Source of the DNA: Candidatus Parcubacteria bacterium
GTDB taxonomy: Bacteria > Patescibacteriota > Minisyncoccia > UBA6257 > 2-01-FULL-56-20
Assembly: GCA_027355945.1 (NCBI GenBank)
Contig: DAIEHA010000001.1
Coordinates: forward strand, 3,390 to 67,389
Direction: 5' to 3'
Length of the DNA: 64,000 nucleotides
Positions 1 to 9,463 of this stretch are shown one piece after another; position 1 is the first letter of the stretch, and each line of letters opens with the position of its first letter. The translations under genes and the position numbers were made by a program. A model generated the notes under the pieces. That model was not told the DNA's origin. It saw only the letters and a program-made list of their open reading frames with translations, and did no database searches.

Positions 1-598
1 GCTCCTCGTACACGATCTCATCGTCCGAGATGGTCGTTTGCCCTTTGGGGTCCCAGTTGATCACGCGATGCCCGCGGTAGATGAGGCCGAGGTCATGGAG
101 TCGTGTGAAGGCGGTACGGACGGCGAAGCTGCGCGTCTCGTCGAGCGTGTAAGCCTCGCGGCTCCAGTCGAGGGATGCGCCCATGCGCTTGATCTGCTGC
201 ACGATGGTATCGTGGCTCGTCTGTGCATAGGATCGCACGCGGTGAAGAAGCTCCTCGCGTCCGAGGTCGTAGCGGGTCTTCTTCTCTTCTTTCAGGATAT
301 CCTTCTCCACGCGCGATTGCGTGGCGATCGCGGCATGGTCGGTGCCGGGGACCCAGAGGGTGCGCTTCCCGCGCATGCGGGCGTATCTGACCATGATGTC
401 CTCGATCGCAAGCATGGCAGCATGCCCCATGTGAAGGGTGCCCGTCACGTTCGGCGGGGGGAGTATGATGGAGAACGGTTCTGCGTCGGGATCGGTAACG
501 CCCTTCGCGATGCAGATATCGGGGTTGAAGTAGCCGGCTTCCTCCCAGCGGGCATAGATCCGGGATTCGACCTCCTGAATGTCGTAACGGGGTTCCAT
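1..598 (-). CDS. valS: Valyl-tRNA synthetase, N-terminal part (gene continues beyond window start)
   Basis: Reverse-strand translation from ATG at 598-596 reads MEPRYDIQEVESRIYARWEEAGYF...PPPNVTGTLHMGHA...GTDHAAIATQ, the class I HIGH-motif N-terminus typical of ValRS. The six-frame track omits it because it runs off the window edge. Confidence 0.85.
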   Translation of the reverse strand, partial: MEPRYDIQEVESRIYARWEEAGYFNPDICIAKGVTDPDAEPFSIILPPPNVTGTLHMGHAAMLAIEDIMVRYARMRGKRTLWVPGTDHAAIATQSRVEKDILKEEKKTRYDLGREELLHRVRSYAQTSHDTIVQQIKRMGASLDWSREAYTLDETRSFAVRTAFTRLHDLGLIYRGHRVINWDPKGQTTISDDEIVYEE

Positions 599-718
599 AT
601 GACCCGATTATAGAGGAAGGGGGCGTGATTTTCCATGGCATGCCGCACCGGACTCGCGAACACTGTCGTATAATGGGAAGAAAGGTCGAGCGAAGGATCA
701 ATCGAACACGAATACGAA

Positions 719-1084
719 ATGGAAGAAACCAAAAAGGAGGGATCGGGTATGGGGGGCGGAAAGACCTGCGCATGTCCTGAGGGGTGTGCGTGCAGCTGCG
801 GATGCAGCTGGCCGCACGGCCACCGCTGGTTCCGGGTCATCATCGGCCTCATCATTCTTGCGCTTGCGTTCTGGGTTGGCGTGAAGATCGGTGAATTGAA
901 GACGCTTGTCATGCGCGATGGATGGGGATACGGAAACTACTACGGGCATACAATGATGGGATATCCCGGCGGATATGGAGGGTATGGATACGGATATGAC
1001 GGTTCCGGATACGGAGGAAATGCCGTTCCGGCGCCTGCGCAGGGCGCAGGAACCTCGTCTCCGGCGACCCCTGCCACGCACTAG
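719..1084 (+). CDS. Small membrane protein with metallothionein-like Cys cluster and Gly/Tyr-rich tail (hypothetical)
   Basis: 121 aa ORF. It has a Cys cluster CACPEGCACSCGCSWPHGH, one hydrophobic helix VIIGLIILALAFWVGV, and a GYGGYGYGY C-terminus. A TATAAT-like box lies at 669-674 upstream. Confidence 0.5.
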   Translation: MEETKKEGSGMGGGKTCACPEGCACSCGCSWPHGHRWFRVIIGLIILALAFWVGVKIGELKTLVMRDGWGYGNYYGHTMMGYPGGYGGYGYGYDGSGYGGNAVPAPAQGAGTSSPATPATH

Positions 1085-1170
1085 CGTTGCAGAGGGGGCG
1101 CGGGACGGAAGAGGGATGCGGCGTCGGCAAGACGCCGCATTTCATTTATAATGAGGGACGACGCACGAAA

Positions 1171-2337
1171 ATGATCGAATTCAAGGTAGTGAAAAAATCG
1201 AAAAAGAGCGCCGCCCGCCTGGGCGTATTGCGCACGCCCCATGGCGAGGTCATGACGCCGGCAATCGTGCCGGTGGCGACGCTTGCGGCCATAAAAGCGC
1301 TCCGCACCGACGAGGTGGCAGCCACCGGTACGCAGATGCTCATTTCGAACACCTATCATCTCCATCTTCAGCCCGGAGAGGATGTCGTGAAGTCCGCGGG
1401 CGGCATCAACAAGTTCATGGGTTGGAACGGTCCCTCCATGACCGATTCGGGCGGGTTCCAGGTGTTCAGCCTGGGATGGGGGAAGGACCTCGGGGTAGGG
1501 AAGGTGACGAGCGCCAAAAAGGCCTCCGCGCATCATCCCGACAAGATCGAAAAAGCGATCGCAAAAGGGAATCAGCCGAGGCATGTCACGATCACGGAGG
1601 ACGGCGTGAAGTTCCGGTCGCCACTCACCGGCGACGAGATGTTCCTTGGTCCGGAGGAATCGATCGCGATCCAGGGAAAGATCGGCGCAGATATCATGTT
1701 CGCGTTCGACGAGTGCACGCCTCCGGGCGCCACAAGGGACTATATGGCCCGTTCGCTCGCGCGCACCCATCGGTGGGCGCTTCGCAGCCTTGCGGCGCGC
1801 CGCACGAAACAGGGATTGTATGGCATCGTGCAGGGATCGAACTATGAGGATCTGAGGAAGGAGAGCGCCCGTTTCATTGGTGCGATCGAGGGATTCGACG
1901 GGTTCGGCATCGGAGGCGATCTTGGCGAGTCGCGCGAAGGGACGAAACGCATCTTGAAATGGGTCGTACCGCACCTCGACGAACATCTGCCGCGGCATCT
2001 GCTCGGCATGGGGCACCTGGAGGATATCGAAAACATCATGACGGGGGGCGTTGATACGTTCGATTGCACGGTACCGACGCATTATGCCCGCCATGGTATC
2101 GCATTCACCTCCAAGGGGCGCGTCGATTTCACGAAGGCGCCGCTGCTGAAGAGCAAGGAACCGGTGGACCGGGCCTGCGGGTGTCCGGTCTGCACGGTAT
2201 ACCGCAGGAATTACGTGGCACATCTTTTCCGTGCGGGGGAGATATCGGGGGGTGCCATGCTCACGGTCCACAATCTCTGGTTCTTCAACGGTTACGTGGC
2301 GCGCCTACGGGAGCGCATAAAGAAAGGGTTGCTGTAG
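1171..2337 (+). CDS. tgt: Queuine tRNA-ribosyltransferase
   Basis: MIEFKVVKKSKKSAARLGVLRTPHGEVMTPAIVPVAT...LISNTYHLHLQPGED with zinc-site CxCxxC...H near the C-terminus. Start chosen at internal ATG 1171 (388 aa). Confidence 0.9.
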   Translation: MIEFKVVKKSKKSAARLGVLRTPHGEVMTPAIVPVATLAAIKALRTDEVAATGTQMLISNTYHLHLQPGEDVVKSAGGINKFMGWNGPSMTDSGGFQVFSLGWGKDLGVGKVTSAKKASAHHPDKIEKAIAKGNQPRHVTITEDGVKFRSPLTGDEMFLGPEESIAIQGKIGADIMFAFDECTPPGATRDYMARSLARTHRWALRSLAARRTKQGLYGIVQGSNYEDLRKESARFIGAIEGFDGFGIGGDLGESREGTKRILKWVVPHLDEHLPRHLLGMGHLEDIENIMTGGVDTFDCTVPTHYARHGIAFTSKGRVDFTKAPLLKSKEPVDRACGCPVCTVYRRNYVAHLFRAGEISGGAMLTVHNLWFFNGYVARLRERIKKGLL

Positions 2338-2416
2338 GTTCGTGCATATCCTTGGTTTGTTCACATTTCCCTTTTTAGGCACCATGCTATAATGGACGTT
2401 GTTAGTAAGAAGAAAG

Positions 2417-2455
2417 ACCGTTTTCCGGTGTGAGGCCGGAAAACGGTTTTTCATT
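2417..2455 (+). terminator. Rho-independent terminator downstream of tgt (first of two tandem hairpin+U-run elements)
   Basis: CCGTTTTCCGG (2418-2428) pairs with CCGGAAAACGG (2436-2446) and is followed by TTTTTCATTT. A second smaller hairpin, GCGTT...AACGC (2463-2479), is followed by TATTTTT. Confidence 0.7.
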
Positions 2456-2503
2456 TCGGGATGCGTTGCCGGGAAACGCTATTTTTCGTATAATAATGCC
2501 ACT

Positions 2504-5122
2504 ATGAATCGATTGCAGATCGTCTCGGAAAACGCACCGGCGGGAGATCAGCCGAAGGCCATCGGAGAGCTTGTCCAGGGACTGGAGCGCGGCTACCGCG
2601 ACCAGACCCTTCTTGGCGTCACGGGTTCGGGCAAGACGTTCACCGTTGCGAACGTGATCAAGGAGGTGCAGCGGCCGACGCTCGTCATCGCACATAACAA
2701 GACCCTCGCCGCACAGCTTTGCAACGAGTTCAGGGAGCTCTTTCCGAACAACTCGGTGAACTATTTCGTCTCGTATTACGATTATTACCAACCGGAGGCA
2801 TACATTCCCTCGAGCGACACCTATATCGACAAAGAGGCGCTCATCAACGACGAGATCGATAAGTTGCGTCATGCGGCGACGACCGCGCTCCTCACGCGCC
2901 GCGACGTGATCATCGTGGCATCCGTATCGTGCATCTACGGCCTCGGCGCGCCGGAGGTCTATGCCCAGAACATCTTCCACTTCAAGGTGGGCGATACGAT
3001 CGAACGGAAGGATTTCTCGCGGCGGCTCGTCGAGCTGCAGTTCTCGCGGACCAATGCCGATCTCAAAAGGGGAACGTACCGCCTGCGTGGGGAGAATTGG
3101 GAGATCATGCCGGCCGATCGCGAGGTGATCTACAATCTTGAGGTGAGCGGCGGCATCATCCGCACCATTTACGAGGTCGATCCCGTGGTCGGCTTCCGTC
3201 CCGGCAGGACGCCCGCGGTACCCGATGTGATCTTCGCGCCCGCCAAGCATTTCATCACGGAAGCGCCCGAGCGCGAGCGCGCGATCAAGGCGATCCAGAA
3301 AGAACTGAAGGAGCAATTGAAGAAGTTCGAGGAGGAGAAGAAGTTCCTGGAAGCGGAACGGATCGAGCGGCGCACCAAGTTCGATCTCGCGATGATGCGC
3401 GAGGTCGGATATTGCCATGGCATCGAGAACTACTCCCGGCATCTCTCGGGCCGCAAGGCCGGGGAACCGCCGGCCACGCTCCTCGATTATTTTCCGCACA
3501 AAGAGGATGGCACGCCGGATTTCCTTACCGTGATCGACGAATCGCATATGACGGTACCGCAACTCCAGGGGATGTTCAACGGCGATGCCGCGCGCAAGGA
3601 GACGCTCGTGGAATTCGGCTTCCGTTTGCCGTCCGCGAAGGATAATCGCCCGCTCCGCTTCGAGGAATTCCGGGAGCGCATCGGGCAGACCATTTATGTG
3701 TCCGCCACGCCGGGGCCGTATGAGGCAGAAAAGAGCGATCCTGCGCGCCACGGGGGCGTGGGGCAGATCGTGGAGCAGATCATCCGTCCGACCGGACTCG
3801 TGGATCCCAAAACGACCATCATTCCCGCCCGGGGCCAGGTGGAGGACCTCATTCCGCGTATCGAGGCGCGGGTGGCGAAGCACGACCGCGTGCTCGTGAC
3901 AACGCTCACGAAGCGCATGGCCGAAGACCTTTCGGCGTATCTCGAGGAGCGGAAGATAAAGGTGAACTATCTCCATAGCGATGTGAAGACGCTGGACCGC
4001 ATCAAGATCCTCACCGATCTCCGCCGCGGCAAGATCGAGGTGCTCGTCGGGGTGAACCTCCTGCGCGAAGGTCTCGACCTGCCCGAGGTGTCGCTCGTCG
4101 CCATTCTTGATGCCGACAAGGAGGGATTCCTGCGGAGTGAGGTGTCGCTCATCCAGACGATCGGCCGCGCGGCACGCAACGCCGAGGGGGAGGTGCTCAT
4201 CTACGCCGACCGCATCACGGGCTCCATCGAACGCGCGCTCAAGGAGACCGATCGCCGCCGTGCGATCCAGGTCGCATACAACAAAGAGCACGGCATCACG
4301 CCGCGCACCATCATAAAGAAGATCACTGACATCCTGCCGAACGTGGATGAGATCCTGAACATGGAGATGGCTCCGGTGCCGCGTTCGAAGACCGCGATCG
4401 AGAAGATGATCGCGCAGAAGGAACGCGAGATGCGCACGGCGGCGAAGGCGCTTGATTTCGAGCTTGCGGGAATCCTGCGTGACGAGATCAAGGAGCTCAG
4501 GAGGAAAGTATCGGAGAGCGGGATGGACGGCGCGCCGGCGCCGAAGCGCAAGGAGGAGGTGTCTGCGAAGAAGACGCCGTCTTCGCGCGCGAAGGGATAT
4601 GCTGCGATCCCTTTGCTCCTCATGGTCTTTTTCGGGGGCGCCGCGCTTCTTGGGGGTCTCTGGGCGCTCATGCCTCCCGTGTCCGTGCAGGCACCCGCCG
4701 CACCGGTATCGGGGATCCCGCCGGGAAATACTCCTTCAGGGACCGGTGCGTCCTCTTCGTCGGAACTGCCCTTCCGTGCGATCCCTTACGCGAATAGTTA
4801 TCCGGTGATCGGGCCGCGGGGCACCTTGGTCACCGTGCGTGCCCACGGCATCGTGCTCGCACCCACAAGCACCGTCGAGTTCGGGGGCCTTGCGGGGGCC
4901 GTCGTGGAATCGGTGGCGGGGGATGGGAGCAGATTGACATTCATCGTGCCTGGCATGCTCGGGCCGGTCTGCCGTGCGCACGAACCCTGTTCCATGTTCC
5001 GGAGGGTCGTCGTGAGCGGGACCTACGATGTGACGGTCGTGACGGACGGCATCGATGTGTCCGCGGGATCGTTCACGGTGACAGGGGCTGCAGCGACTCC
5101 TTCGGTGACGCCCATGCTCTGA
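2504..5122 (+). CDS. uvrB: Excinuclease ABC subunit B with ~206-aa in-frame C-terminal extension (TM helix + Ig/IPT-like domain)
   Basis: [46 protein letters not shown]...; helicase motifs and the UVR domain [27 protein letters not shown] end near 4503. The same frame stays open to 5122 through [24 protein letters not shown] and a beta-rich S/T/G domain. Confidence 0.85.
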   Translation: MNRLQIVSENAPAGDQPKAIGELVQGLERGYRDQTLLGVTGSGKTFTVANVIKEVQRPTLVIAHNKTLAAQLCNEFRELFPNNSVNYFVSYYDYYQPEAYIPSSDTYIDKEALINDEIDKLRHAATTALLTRRDVIIVASVSCIYGLGAPEVYAQNIFHFKVGDTIERKDFSRRLVELQFSRTNADLKRGTYRLRGENWEIMPADREVIYNLEVSGGIIRTIYEVDPVVGFRPGRTPAVPDVIFAPAKHFITEAPERERAIKAIQKELKEQLKKFEEEKKFLEAERIERRTKFDLAMMREVGYCHGIENYSRHLSGRKAGEPPATLLDYFPHKEDGTPDFLTVIDESHMTVPQLQGMFNGDAARKETLVEFGFRLPSAKDNRPLRFEEFRERIGQTIYVSATPGPYEAEKSDPARHGGVGQIVEQIIRPTGLVDPKTTIIPARGQVEDLIPRIEARVAKHDRVLVTTLTKRMAEDLSAYLEERKIKVNYLHSDVKTLDRIKILTDLRRGKIEVLVGVNLLREGLDLPEVSLVAILDADKEGFLRSEVSLIQTIGRAARNAEGEVLIYADRITGSIERALKETDRRRAIQVAYNKEHGITPRTIIKKITDILPNVDEILNMEMAPVPRSKTAIEKMIAQKEREMRTAAKALDFELAGILRDEIKELRRKVSESGMDGAPAPKRKEEVSAKKTPSSRAKGYAAIPLLLMVFFGGAALLGGLWALMPPVSVQAPAAPVSGIPPGNTPSGTGASSSSELPFRAIPYANSYPVIGPRGTLVTVRAHGIVLAPTSTVEFGGLAGAVVESVAGDGSRLTFIVPGMLGPVCRAHEPCSMFRRVVVSGTYDVTVVTDGIDVSAGSFTVTGAAATPSVTPML
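4427..4452. repeat. 26-nt stretch identical to 8752-8777 (UVR-domain coding segment shared by uvrB and uvrC)
   Basis: gagatgcgcacggcggcgaaggcgct appears in both genes and encodes EMRTAAKAL in both. Confidence 0.8.
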
Positions 5123-5251
5123 GTGTGAGGGCTGGATTATTCCTCCGGGAGGTCCTATACTTGCGGATACGCACCCCCTATGAGCGTTCCGCCCGGGGGC
5201 GTTTGGATACGATGCCTCCTTCAAATCATCCCCATCATTTTCATCATTCCC

Positions 5252-7813
5252 ATGCCGCAGCACGATAAGATCGTCATCAAAGGCGCCCGAGAGCACAATC
5301 TGAAAAATATCGATCTTGAGATCCCGAGGGATAAGATGGTCGTCTTCACCGGCCTTTCGGGTTCCGGAAAATCGTCGCTTGCGTTCGACACGATATTCGC
5401 CGAAGGGCAGCGGCGGTACATCGAATCGCTGTCCGCCTATGCGCGGCAGTTCCTCGGCCGTCTCGACAAGCCCGATGTGGACGACATCGAGGGACTTTCA
5501 CCCGCGATCTCGATCGATCAGAAATCGCATTCCGCGAACCCGCGTTCCACGGTGGCAACGATCACGGAGATCTACGATTATCTCCGCGTGCTCTTCGCGC
5601 GCGCAGGCACGCCGTTCTGCCCGACCTGCGGACGCGAGATCAAGAAGCTGACGAACGAGGAGATCGTGGATATCGCGATCGACATCGCGAAGGAGAATGC
5701 GGGGCCGAAGGGCGCGCACAAGAACCTTCTCGTCCTTGCGCCCGTCGTGCGGGGCAGGAAGGGGGAATATTACCAGATGCTCTACGATTTCCTGAACGCC
5801 GGGTTCAGCGAGGTGCGCATCGACGGCAAATATCATTCGCTCCGCGAACGCGTGGATCTCGGCCGCTATAAGACGCACGACATCGATCTCGTGATCGACC
5901 GCATTCCCGCGGGAATGGACTTCAAGGACAAAGATAACCGGCTCCGCCTCTCCGAGGCGATCGAGAGCGGCCTCAAGTACGGCAACGCGGTCGTCACGAT
6001 CATCACCGACAGGGAGGTGTCGCTCTCGGCGAAGTTCACATGTCCGCACGACGGGTTTTCCTTTCCGGAGATCGAACCGCGCCTTTTCTCGTTCAACAGT
6101 CCGTATGGTGCGTGTCCGGAATGCCATGGCCTCGGTACGAAGGACCTCTGGTCCGAGGAGCTTTGTACGGTGTGCGAGGGCAAGCGCCTGCGCGTGGAGG
6201 CGCTCAACGTCCTCGTCAAGGACAAGAACATCAATACGGTCGCCCAGCTTTCCATCGAGGACGCCCATGCGTTCTTTTCCTCGCTCGCATTCAAGGAGGC
6301 CTCGAAGAACGACGTCGCCGAGGCGCCGCTTCGCGAGATCAAAAGCCGCCTGAAGTTCATGATGGACGTAGGTCTCGAATATCTCACGCTCGATCGCAAG
6401 GCCGGCACGCTCTCCGGCGGCGAGGCGCAGCGCATACGGCTTGCATCGCAGATCGGTTCACGGCTCGTGGGCACGCTTTACATCCTCGATGAGCCCACAA
6501 TCGGCCTCCATCAGCGCGACAACGACAAGCTCATCCATACGCTCCTCGAACTCCGCGATCTCGGCAACACGATCATCGTCGTCGAACACGACGAGGATAC
6601 GATCCGGGCGTCCGATTATCTGGTGGACATCGGTCCGGGCGCGGGCGTGCACGGCGGCAATGTCGTGGCGGCCGGTCCTATCCCGCAGATCCTGAACGAT
6701 ACGAAGCAGCGATCGCTCACACTCGATTATCTTCGCGGCAAGCAGTTCATCGCCGTGCCGGACGAGCGGCGCAGCGTGGTGCTCGTGGACGATAAAAAGA
6801 AGGGGAGCGGCGCACAGGAAGCGATCAAGGTCCGTGGCGCGCATGCCAACAATCTGAAGGACGTCGACGTCGATATCCCGTTGCGCCGCTTCACGTGCGT
6901 CACTGGCGTGTCGGGCAGCGGCAAATCGTCGCTCGTGTATGACGTGCTCTACAAAGCGGTCGCCGACAAGCTGAATCATGCGAACTATAAGGTTGGCGGC
7001 TATAAGTCGCTCATGGGCCTCGAGTACATCAATCGCATCATCAACATCGACCAGTCGCCGATCGGCCGTACGCCGCGTTCCAATCCGGCGACGTATGTGG
7101 GCGCATGGACGCATATTCGCGATCTTTTCGCATCGACCGAGGATGCGCGCGTGCGCGGCTACAAACCCGGTCGTTTCAGCTTCAACGTGCCCGGCGGACG
7201 GTGCGAGAACTGCGAGGGCCATGGCACGATCGCGATAGAGATGCATTTCCTTCCCACGGTGTACGTATCGTGCGATATATGCAAAGGCAAACGCTTCGAC
7301 CGCGAGACGCTCGAAGTGGAGTATAAGGGCAAGAGCATCTACGACGTGCTCCAGATGACGATCGAAGAGGCGGCGAAGTTCTTCGGAGACATCCCATGGC
7401 TCGAGGATAAGCTCTCCATCCTCGAAGAGGTGGGGCTCGGATACCTGGAACTCGGCCAATCGGCGACGACGCTCTCCGGCGGCGAGGCGCAGCGCATCAA
7501 GCTTGCCGCCGAGCTTGGGAAGCGCGATACGCACCGCACGCTGTATCTTCTGGATGAACCCACCACGGGATTGCATTTTGCGGACATCGATCAGCTGCTC
7601 AAGGTGCTTCAGCGCCTCGTGGACCGCGGCAATACCGTTGTCGTCATCGAGCACAATCTCGACGTGATCAAGACCGCTGATTGGGTGATCGATCTCGGTC
7701 CCGAAGGCGGCGCCCGCGGAGGGACCATCGTCGCGACCGGGACCCCCGAGGAGATCGTTCGCAAGAAGGAGAGCTATACCGGACAATATCTCCGCAAGGT
7801 CCTCGAGAGATAA
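5252..7813 (+). CDS. uvrA: Excinuclease ABC subunit A
   Basis: [56 protein letters not shown]..., two ABC ATPase modules, zinc fingers [16 protein letters not shown], 853 aa. Confidence 0.92.
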   Translation: MPQHDKIVIKGAREHNLKNIDLEIPRDKMVVFTGLSGSGKSSLAFDTIFAEGQRRYIESLSAYARQFLGRLDKPDVDDIEGLSPAISIDQKSHSANPRSTVATITEIYDYLRVLFARAGTPFCPTCGREIKKLTNEEIVDIAIDIAKENAGPKGAHKNLLVLAPVVRGRKGEYYQMLYDFLNAGFSEVRIDGKYHSLRERVDLGRYKTHDIDLVIDRIPAGMDFKDKDNRLRLSEAIESGLKYGNAVVTIITDREVSLSAKFTCPHDGFSFPEIEPRLFSFNSPYGACPECHGLGTKDLWSEELCTVCEGKRLRVEALNVLVKDKNINTVAQLSIEDAHAFFSSLAFKEASKNDVAEAPLREIKSRLKFMMDVGLEYLTLDRKAGTLSGGEAQRIRLASQIGSRLVGTLYILDEPTIGLHQRDNDKLIHTLLELRDLGNTIIVVEHDEDTIRASDYLVDIGPGAGVHGGNVVAAGPIPQILNDTKQRSLTLDYLRGKQFIAVPDERRSVVLVDDKKKGSGAQEAIKVRGAHANNLKDVDVDIPLRRFTCVTGVSGSGKSSLVYDVLYKAVADKLNHANYKVGGYKSLMGLEYINRIINIDQSPIGRTPRSNPATYVGAWTHIRDLFASTEDARVRGYKPGRFSFNVPGGRCENCEGHGTIAIEMHFLPTVYVSCDICKGKRFDRETLEVEYKGKSIYDVLQMTIEEAAKFFGDIPWLEDKLSILEEVGLGYLELGQSATTLSGGEAQRIKLAAELGKRDTHRTLYLLDEPTTGLHFADIDQLLKVLQRLVDRGNTVVVIEHNLDVIKTADWVIDLGPEGGARGGTIVATGTPEEIVRKKESYTGQYLRKVLER

Positions 7814-7833
7814 CGGGGTGTTATACTGGAACC

Positions 7834-8115
7834 ATGGTACGCATCGCAGACGGGAAGATCTATCATTACGACCGGAAGATAGGATGGCTCGAGGGGCAGC
7901 ACGTCCATAACGAGGAGGACGGGAAGGTACTTGGATATTGGGAGAACGAAAGCGTCTATGGCGCAGGCGGGCACAGGATCGCATACATCCATGAGGATGA
8001 TTTTGTGTACGCAAGCGGCCGCGTGGCAGGATCGCTCGAGCACATCAACGAGCAGATCCACGGAGGTGCATCCATCCTCGCAAAGTGCGCGGTGAAAGTG
8101 CTGTTCGACCTGTGA
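7834..8115 (+). CDS. Hypothetical small protein between uvrA and uvrC
   Basis: 93 aa ORF MVRIADGKIYHYDRKIGWLEGQHVHNEEDGKVLGYWENESVYGAGGHRIAY..., beta-rich with repeated G/Y motifs; no family recognised. Confidence 0.4.
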   Translation: MVRIADGKIYHYDRKIGWLEGQHVHNEEDGKVLGYWENESVYGAGGHRIAYIHEDDFVYASGRVAGSLEHINEQIHGGASILAKCAVKVLFDL

Positions 8116-8124
8116 CAGACCCTT

Positions 8125-9384
8125 ATGGCAAAGACGGATATCGCTTATAAGAAATTCCCGGAGACGCCGGGCGTATACGTGATGAAGGATGCGGAGGGGA
8201 GTGTGCTGTACGTGGGGAAGGCGGCGAACCTTCGCCGGCGGGTCTCGAGCTACTTCGAGCGTCCCCATGACATCCGCATCCAGACGCTCGTGGGCCGGAT
8301 TGCGAAGATAGACATCCACCGGACCGATACCGCGCTCGAAGCGCTCATCCTGGAAGCGGAACTCATCAAAAAGCTCAGGCCGCCTTTCAATGTGCGCGAG
8401 AAGGATGACAAGAGCTTCCTTTACGTGGAGATCGAATCGCGCGAACGGTTCCCGCGGGTGATGCTCGTGCGCGGCAAGGACGCGGAGCGAGGGCGCCGGT
8501 ATGGGCCGTTCACGTCGGCTTCGTCGGCGCGGGAGGCGATGCGCATCTTGCGCCGCATCTTCCCGTGGAACGAGCATGCGCCGGATGCGGTCGGAAGGAT
8601 GGCGCGGCCGTGTTTCGATTACGAGGTCGGTCTGTGCCCGGGAACGTGCATCGGCGCGGTGACGCACGGCGACTATATGGCGCACACGGTGGCCCCCCTC
8701 AGGATGTTTTTCGAAGGCGGGAAGAAGCGCGTACTCGTGACGTTCGAAAAGGAGATGCGCACGGCGGCGAAGGCGCTCGATTTTGAAATGGCGGAAACGC
8801 TGCGTCGGCGGATCTTCGCGCTGAAGCACGTGCAGGACAGTACGCTGATCTCGGAATCGGAGGTGCTTCTTCCGGCGGCCGGCCCCGCCGCGGAGGCAGG
8901 TGCACGGCAAGCCCCGTACCGCATCGAGGGATATGATATATCGAACATTTCAGGGACCTCCTCCGTCGGTTCCATGGTGGTATTCGAGGGAGGGGAGCCG
9001 AACAAGGACGAATACCGCAAATTCAAAATCAGGAGCGTTTCCGGACCGAACGACGTGGGCATGCTTACCGAGGTTCTCGAGCGGCGGTTCGCGCCGACGC
9101 ACCGGGGGGTCGAGGCGGGGAAAGGAGGATGGCGGATGCCGGACCTCGTTCTGATCGATGGCGGTCTTGCGCAGGCGAATGCGGCGAAAAAGGTGCTCCT
9201 CCGGGCGGGATTGCGCATTCCGGTGCTTGGCATCGCAAAAGGGCCGGAACGGAAGCGTAACGACATCATCGGCGCGATGCCGAAAGGCGTTCGCAAAGAG
9301 ACGCTCGTGCGCGTGCGGGATGAAGCGCATAGGTTTGCGATCGGCTATCACAAAGCGCTTCGCCGCGTGCGGACATTCCAGTGA
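8125..9384 (+). CDS. uvrC: Excinuclease ABC subunit C, short form lacking C-terminal HhH domain
   Basis: GIY-YIG N-terminus (GVYVMKDAEGSVLYVGKAANLRRRVSSYF), UVR domain ([21 protein letters not shown]) and RNase-H-like endonuclease domain (YRIEGYDISNISG). It is 419 aa, against about 600 for canonical UvrC. Confidence 0.85.
   Translation: MAKTDIAYKKFPETPGVYVMKDAEGSVLYVGKAANLRRRVSSYFERPHDIRIQTLVGRIAKIDIHRTDTALEALILEAELIKKLRPPFNVREKDDKSFLYVEIESRERFPRVMLVRGKDAERGRRYGPFTSASSAREAMRILRRIFPWNEHAPDAVGRMARPCFDYEVGLCPGTCIGAVTHGDYMAHTVAPLRMFFEGGKKRVLVTFEKEMRTAAKALDFEMAETLRRRIFALKHVQDSTLISESEVLLPAAGPAAEAGARQAPYRIEGYDISNISGTSSVGSMVVFEGGEPNKDEYRKFKIRSVSGPNDVGMLTEVLERRFAPTHRGVEAGKGGWRMPDLVLIDGGLAQANAAKKVLLRAGLRIPVLGIAKGPERKRNDIIGAMPKGVRKETLVRVRDEAHRFAIGYHKALRRVRTFQ
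8752..8777. repeat. Second copy of 26-nt UVR-domain repeat (see 4427-4452)
   Basis: Identical 26-mer read directly from the sequence. Confidence 0.8.
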
Positions 9385-9463
9385 ATCGCATGGCGCGAGC
9401 ATAAAAAAAGCGCGCCACTCGGAAGAGCGGCGCGCCGGCCCGGGCCCAAAGAGCAGCAGGGTC

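Noticed and set aside
1081-2271. 396-aa minus-strand ORF antisense to tgt
   Set aside because: The tgt sense frame carries conserved catalytic and zinc motifs; the antisense ORF is a GC artefact.
2399-2503. Upstream in-frame extension of uvrB ORF ([18 protein letters not shown]...)
   Set aside because: It runs through the tgt terminator hairpins and promoter-like elements; UvrB homology starts at MNRLQIV (2504).
2402-4291. 629-aa ORF on minus strand antisense to uvrB
   Set aside because: The sense strand encodes unmistakable UvrB motifs. The antisense product is Arg/Leu/Asp-rich low-complexity, typical of stop-codon-poor antisense frames in high-GC DNA.
6458-8014. 518-aa minus-strand ORF antisense to uvrA and small ORF
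   Set aside because: Same reasoning: UvrA on plus strand is conserved end to end, and the antisense translation has no recognisable domains.
9385-9463. GC-rich palindromes (GGCGCGCC, GGCCCGGGCC) between convergent uvrC and membrane-protein genes as a specific regulatory site
   Set aside because: Self-complementary GC hexamers and octamers are expected by chance in a high-GC genome; they likely just form convergent-gene terminator structure.
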